Below are positions 60,918 to 64,000 of a stretch of DNA of 64,000 nucleotides, piece after piece (within the stretch, counting starts at the first letter, position 1; each line of letters opens with the position of its first letter). Below the pieces are notes generated by a model. The model ran no database searches, was not told the DNA's origin, and was given only the letters and a program-made list of their open reading frames with translations. Source of the stretch: a virus; IMG/VR virus record IMGVR_UViG_3300027704_000021, positions 3,088-67,087 of that record; one strand, given 5' to 3'. A program made the translations under genes and the position numbers.

Positions 60918-61355
60918 ATGGGACATTATGCTCAAGGTAAGTTTAATCCAAAAAACCCTGGTAAATATGCTGGAACAAAAACTCCAACATATCGAAGTGG
61001 TTGGGAATTTACCTTTATGAAATTTTGTGATGAGCATGCTGCTATATCACAATGGGCTAGTGAAGCAGTACGCATACCTTATAGAAACCCCTTATCGGGT
61101 AAACAAACAATTTATGTGCCAGATTTTTTTATTGTGTATAACGATCAAAAAGGCAAGCAACGTGTAGAACTAATTGAAGTTAAACCTAAAAATCAAACAC
61201 TTAAAGAAAAATTAGGAAAGAGCAAGTACAACCAAGCATCGTGGATAGTTAATCAAGCCAAATGGGAAGCTGCTAGAGCATGGTGTAAACAAAAAGGAAT
61301 AATATTTCGCATTGTTACTGAAGATGATATATTTCATAGCGGAAAAAGAAAGTAA
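60918..61355 (+). CDS. gp4: Head completion nuclease (T4 gp4-like, TnsA-type PD-(D/E)xK)
   Basis: PKNPGKY.G, YRSGWE..FM..CD, WASE..IPY, YVPDF, IEVKP, NQAKWEAA. Confidence 0.88.
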   Translation: MGHYAQGKFNPKNPGKYAGTKTPTYRSGWEFTFMKFCDEHAAISQWASEAVRIPYRNPLSGKQTIYVPDFFIVYNDQKGKQRVELIEVKPKNQTLKEKLGKSKYNQASWIVNQAKWEAARAWCKQKGIIFRIVTEDDIFHSGKRK

Positions 61356-61361
61356 TGATAA

Positions 61362-61583
61362 TTGATACATGTATTCATTTTAATAGTTCTTATAGCAGAC
61401 AAACAACAGCCTAATTCTATGTATTTTAGAAGTATAGATGTGTGTCAATACTACGCTCGGCGTATTCCAAATCAATACGGCAACTATGGTAGCAAATACC
61501 TAATACCAGCAGAGCATAGAATTACTGCATACTGTAAGCCCGTAAAAGTTAATCCGCAAAATACATTAGTATATGATCATTAA
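61362..61583 (+). CDS. Small protein with hydrophobic N-terminus and two Cys
   Basis: 73-aa ORF filling the intergenic gap; start codon uncertain (TTG). Confidence 0.55.
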   Translation: MIHVFILIVLIADKQQPNSMYFRSIDVCQYYARRIPNQYGNYGSKYLIPAEHRITAYCKPVKVNPQNTLVYDH

Positions 61584-61623
61584 TTATTTGCTAAATAATA
61601 GTAGCATATAATGGAACGTTTAC

Positions 61624-62127
61624 ATGACTAAAAAATTAGAAGACCTATTAAATTTGCCAGATTCTAAAGAAATTATTGAAACTGCAAAAGCTCAGGAATC
61701 AGAACAAAAGTCGTATGAGTTAGAGAAACAACAAGAAGCTTTTCGCGATATAGAAGAATTTGATAAGATTGCTAGTGCATTACCAGCTGTTAAAGGGTTA
61801 GGTAAAATGGCAGATGACGAGTTAAATGAAATAGCAAATAAGGCTATGGCAGCATATGATGATCTAATGGACTTAGGTATGAATGTTGAAAGTCGTTATA
61901 GTGGCAGAGTATTTGAAGTAGCAGGCGGCATGCTTAAAACTAGCTTAGATGCTAAGGTAGCTAAACTAGATAAGAAATTAAAGATGATTGACTTGCAACT
62001 TAAGAAAGAAAAGCAAGATAAAGATTCTGGAGTTAACGAAGACGGTATTATTAATGGACAAGGGTATGTTGTTACAGACAGAAACAGCCTACTCGAGAAG
62101 CTTAAAGGTCTAGATAAAGATAAATAG
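61624..62127 (+). CDS. Probable terminase small subunit (T4 gp16-like)
   Basis: Helical protein with RVFEVAGGML and DRNSLLEKL resembling gp16-type motifs. Confidence 0.55.
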   Translation: MTKKLEDLLNLPDSKEIIETAKAQESEQKSYELEKQQEAFRDIEEFDKIASALPAVKGLGKMADDELNEIANKAMAAYDDLMDLGMNVESRYSGRVFEVAGGMLKTSLDAKVAKLDKKLKMIDLQLKKEKQDKDSGVNEDGIINGQGYVVTDRNSLLEKLKGLDKDK

Positions 62128-62147
62128 TTTACAGTAGAGGAATAAAA

Positions 62148-62708
62148 ATGAAATCATTTGCACAAATATTACAGGAATCAAAAGCAACGTATTCGTTTAA
62201 TATTGGAATTGCCGGTGAATTACCTGAGGGAATTGCAGACCGTTTAGAGTCTGTACTTAAGAAATTCAATGTGCTAAACTTTAGCACTGGCAAGAAAACA
62301 CCAATACAGAAACGTCCGTTAGATTTTCCACAATTAGAAAATACAGAAGTTACGTTTTACGAAGCACAAGTAGAATATCCTACTACTACACAAGTACTAC
62401 AGGCGTATTTAGGTAACTGTTGTAATATTCCGCAAAGTCATATTATTGTACGTAATCCAGAAGATCCTCGAGAAGCATATCAAGAAGAAGGTGATGATTC
62501 GCCGTATGAAGCATTGCTAACTACAGAAGAATTAGGCGGCGAAGATGGACAAAATGAAGTAGCATCTAATCGAACAATGGACTTACTCAAAGAATTAGAA
62601 ACTGTACGTAAAGAGCGTGATGCAGCAGCTGGAAACGAAGGCGCACCGCAAGGTAAGTCTAAAGACATAACTGATTCACAAAATACTAAAGCAGTCATAG
62701 GAGGCTAA
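62148..62708 (+). CDS. Hypothetical protein, possibly a head internal protein
   Basis: MKSFAQILQES N-terminus resembles T4-like capsid-targeting sequences. Confidence 0.6.
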   Translation: MKSFAQILQESKATYSFNIGIAGELPEGIADRLESVLKKFNVLNFSTGKKTPIQKRPLDFPQLENTEVTFYEAQVEYPTTTQVLQAYLGNCCNIPQSHIIVRNPEDPREAYQEEGDDSPYEALLTTEELGGEDGQNEVASNRTMDLLKELETVRKERDAAAGNEGAPQGKSKDITDSQNTKAVIGG

Positions 62709-62712
62709 TAAA

Positions 62713-63831
62713 ATGAATATGAAGAAATTACTAGAAGCATGTGGCGGACCAGACCCAATGGGAATGGGTGCACCGGACATGGCTCCAGAAATGGACAAAG
62801 GAACACCTGTAACTGTTAACGTTTCAATGAACGCAAGCGGTAAGGAACATGTAGAAGACCTAATTGCTATGATGAAAAATGCAGGCATGGACGGCGCAGG
62901 AGAAGTTAGCAAACAATCATTACCAGCAGTTACTGATGTTCCGCATCAACACGATAGTGATGGCGATGACGGTAGCATGCGTGGTGACATGGAGAAATTT
63001 ATGGGCATGATGAAGCCTGAATCCGATATGGATGAAGGTGGTAGTGATGTTGACATGGATTGTGCCCATTGTAGTGGCACAGGCAAACATGGCGAAGACG
63101 ACTGTACAGAATGTGGTGGCACAGGCGAAGCTCAACCAGAAGGCGCACTTAATGCTTCGTATACTGAAGCTTCAGATGGCGAACAAGAAATGGACTTTGA
63201 GTTTACTGGTGACGACGGTGAAGTTGGACCAGGTATGTTGCACTATACAGTTGTTGACGGTAAAGTTGATCCTGCTTCGCTAAGAGGCACAGCAGATCCA
63301 ATGGATGCTCCAAATGCTAAAGTTGATGATAGCCTAGCAACGGATAGCGTTAAGCCAGGCGGAATGGATCATGAAGAAGCATTAGCAATGGCACAAGACG
63401 AATATGACTCAGTAGACGAATGGGCAAATAGTGCTCCAGATACAGCAACATCTCCAACGTATGGTAACTACGAAGATAACATTCACGATGGCGACGACTT
63501 ACATAAGAGTAAGAAAAGCTATAAAGTAGTATCTGGTGGTGACAACCCAATGCAGTATACAATGGAAGTAGAATCCATTAAAGCAGCATTATACGCAGCA
63601 TTAACTGAAAAGAAAGCAAAGCCTGACTTTTTAGATGTTGATAAAGATGGTGACAAAAAAGAGCCAATGAAAAAAGCACTTAAAGATAAAGGTAGTAAGC
63701 CTAAAAAAGGTAAAGTACCTCCGCAGTTCCAAAAAGAAGAAATGGCTGCTGAAGGACGTGGTAAAGTAATGGCTGGCAAAGGACGTGGTAAGAAACCCAA
63801 GTTAATGGCTGGACGCGGACGCGGCAAATAG
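62713..63831 (+). CDS. Acidic low-complexity protein with a DnaJ-type Zn finger, DxDxDG motif and basic GRGK tail
   Basis: CAHCSGTG..CTECGGTG; KPDFLDVDKDGDKKEPMKKA; three GRGK repeats. Confidence 0.7.
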   Translation: MNMKKLLEACGGPDPMGMGAPDMAPEMDKGTPVTVNVSMNASGKEHVEDLIAMMKNAGMDGAGEVSKQSLPAVTDVPHQHDSDGDDGSMRGDMEKFMGMMKPESDMDEGGSDVDMDCAHCSGTGKHGEDDCTECGGTGEAQPEGALNASYTEASDGEQEMDFEFTGDDGEVGPGMLHYTVVDGKVDPASLRGTADPMDAPNAKVDDSLATDSVKPGGMDHEEALAMAQDEYDSVDEWANSAPDTATSPTYGNYEDNIHDGDDLHKSKKSYKVVSGGDNPMQYTMEVESIKAALYAALTEKKAKPDFLDVDKDGDKKEPMKKALKDKGSKPKKGKVPPQFQKEEMAAEGRGKVMAGKGRGKKPKLMAGRGRGK

Positions 63832-63858
63832 TAAGTCTTACTAATTAGTATACTAACC

Positions 63859-63882
63859 AGATAGGTCCTTAGGGACCTATTT
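63859..63882 (+). terminator. Terminator-like hairpin
   Basis: AGATAGGTCC-TTAG-GGACCTATTT. Confidence 0.75.
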
Positions 63883-63900
63883 GCTTGAGTAAATAGCTGT

Positions 63901-64000
63901 ATGGTAAGAGACAATATTAATTGGGAAGCATACTTCGATAGTATAAAGCCCGTATGTCCTTGGAGTGCAGCAGCATGGAAAAAGGGCGAAATTAAAGTTA
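63901..64000 (+). CDS. 5' fragment of a hypothetical protein running off the window
   Basis: MVRDNINWEAYFDSIKPVCPWSAAAWKKGEIKV, 5 nt after a TAAATA box. Confidence 0.6.
   Translation, partial: MVRDNINWEAYFDSIKPVCPWSAAAWKKGEIKV

Noticed and set aside
60918-61355. Tn7 TnsA transposase indicating a mobile element
   Set aside because: Motifs and context match the T4 gp4 head-completion nuclease; no tnsB/C or transposon ends.

Overview
64 kb of an AT-rich, large T4-like myovirus genome (probably aquatic and uncultured; the host cannot be determined from sequence) covering most of the virion morphogenesis region. Order: a tail-chaperone/baseplate-hub pair (gp26/gp51-like) divergent from a tape measure gene; the head module (portal, protease, scaffold, major capsid); an intergenic structured ncRNA with its own sigma70 promoter; about 33 kb of paralogous fibre/appendage genes, including two 1600-aa repeat proteins, three very Cys-rich tip proteins and a 2326-aa protein; neck, sheath, tube, head-completion and probable small terminase genes. 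Embedded among the fibre genes are a GT9-like glycosyltransferase, an SGNH-like protein and a carbamoyltransferase, and a convergent ADP-heptose operon (hldE, hldD, gmhB, cupin, two 2OG-Fe(II) oxygenases). Best leads: (1) a candidate phage heptosylation/carbamoylation system for the virion or host surface, (2) a ~200-nt multi-stem ncRNA, (3) a -1 frameshift site joining the gp26- and gp51-like ORFs, (4) a modular fibre architecture of hydrophobic C-terminal peptide plus small adaptor, ending in Cys-rich tips, (5) many leaderless transcripts. Seven perfect tandem duplications of 13-119 bp, six of which break genes, are most likely assembly artefacts. All product calls come from motif recognition and synteny; no database searches were run.
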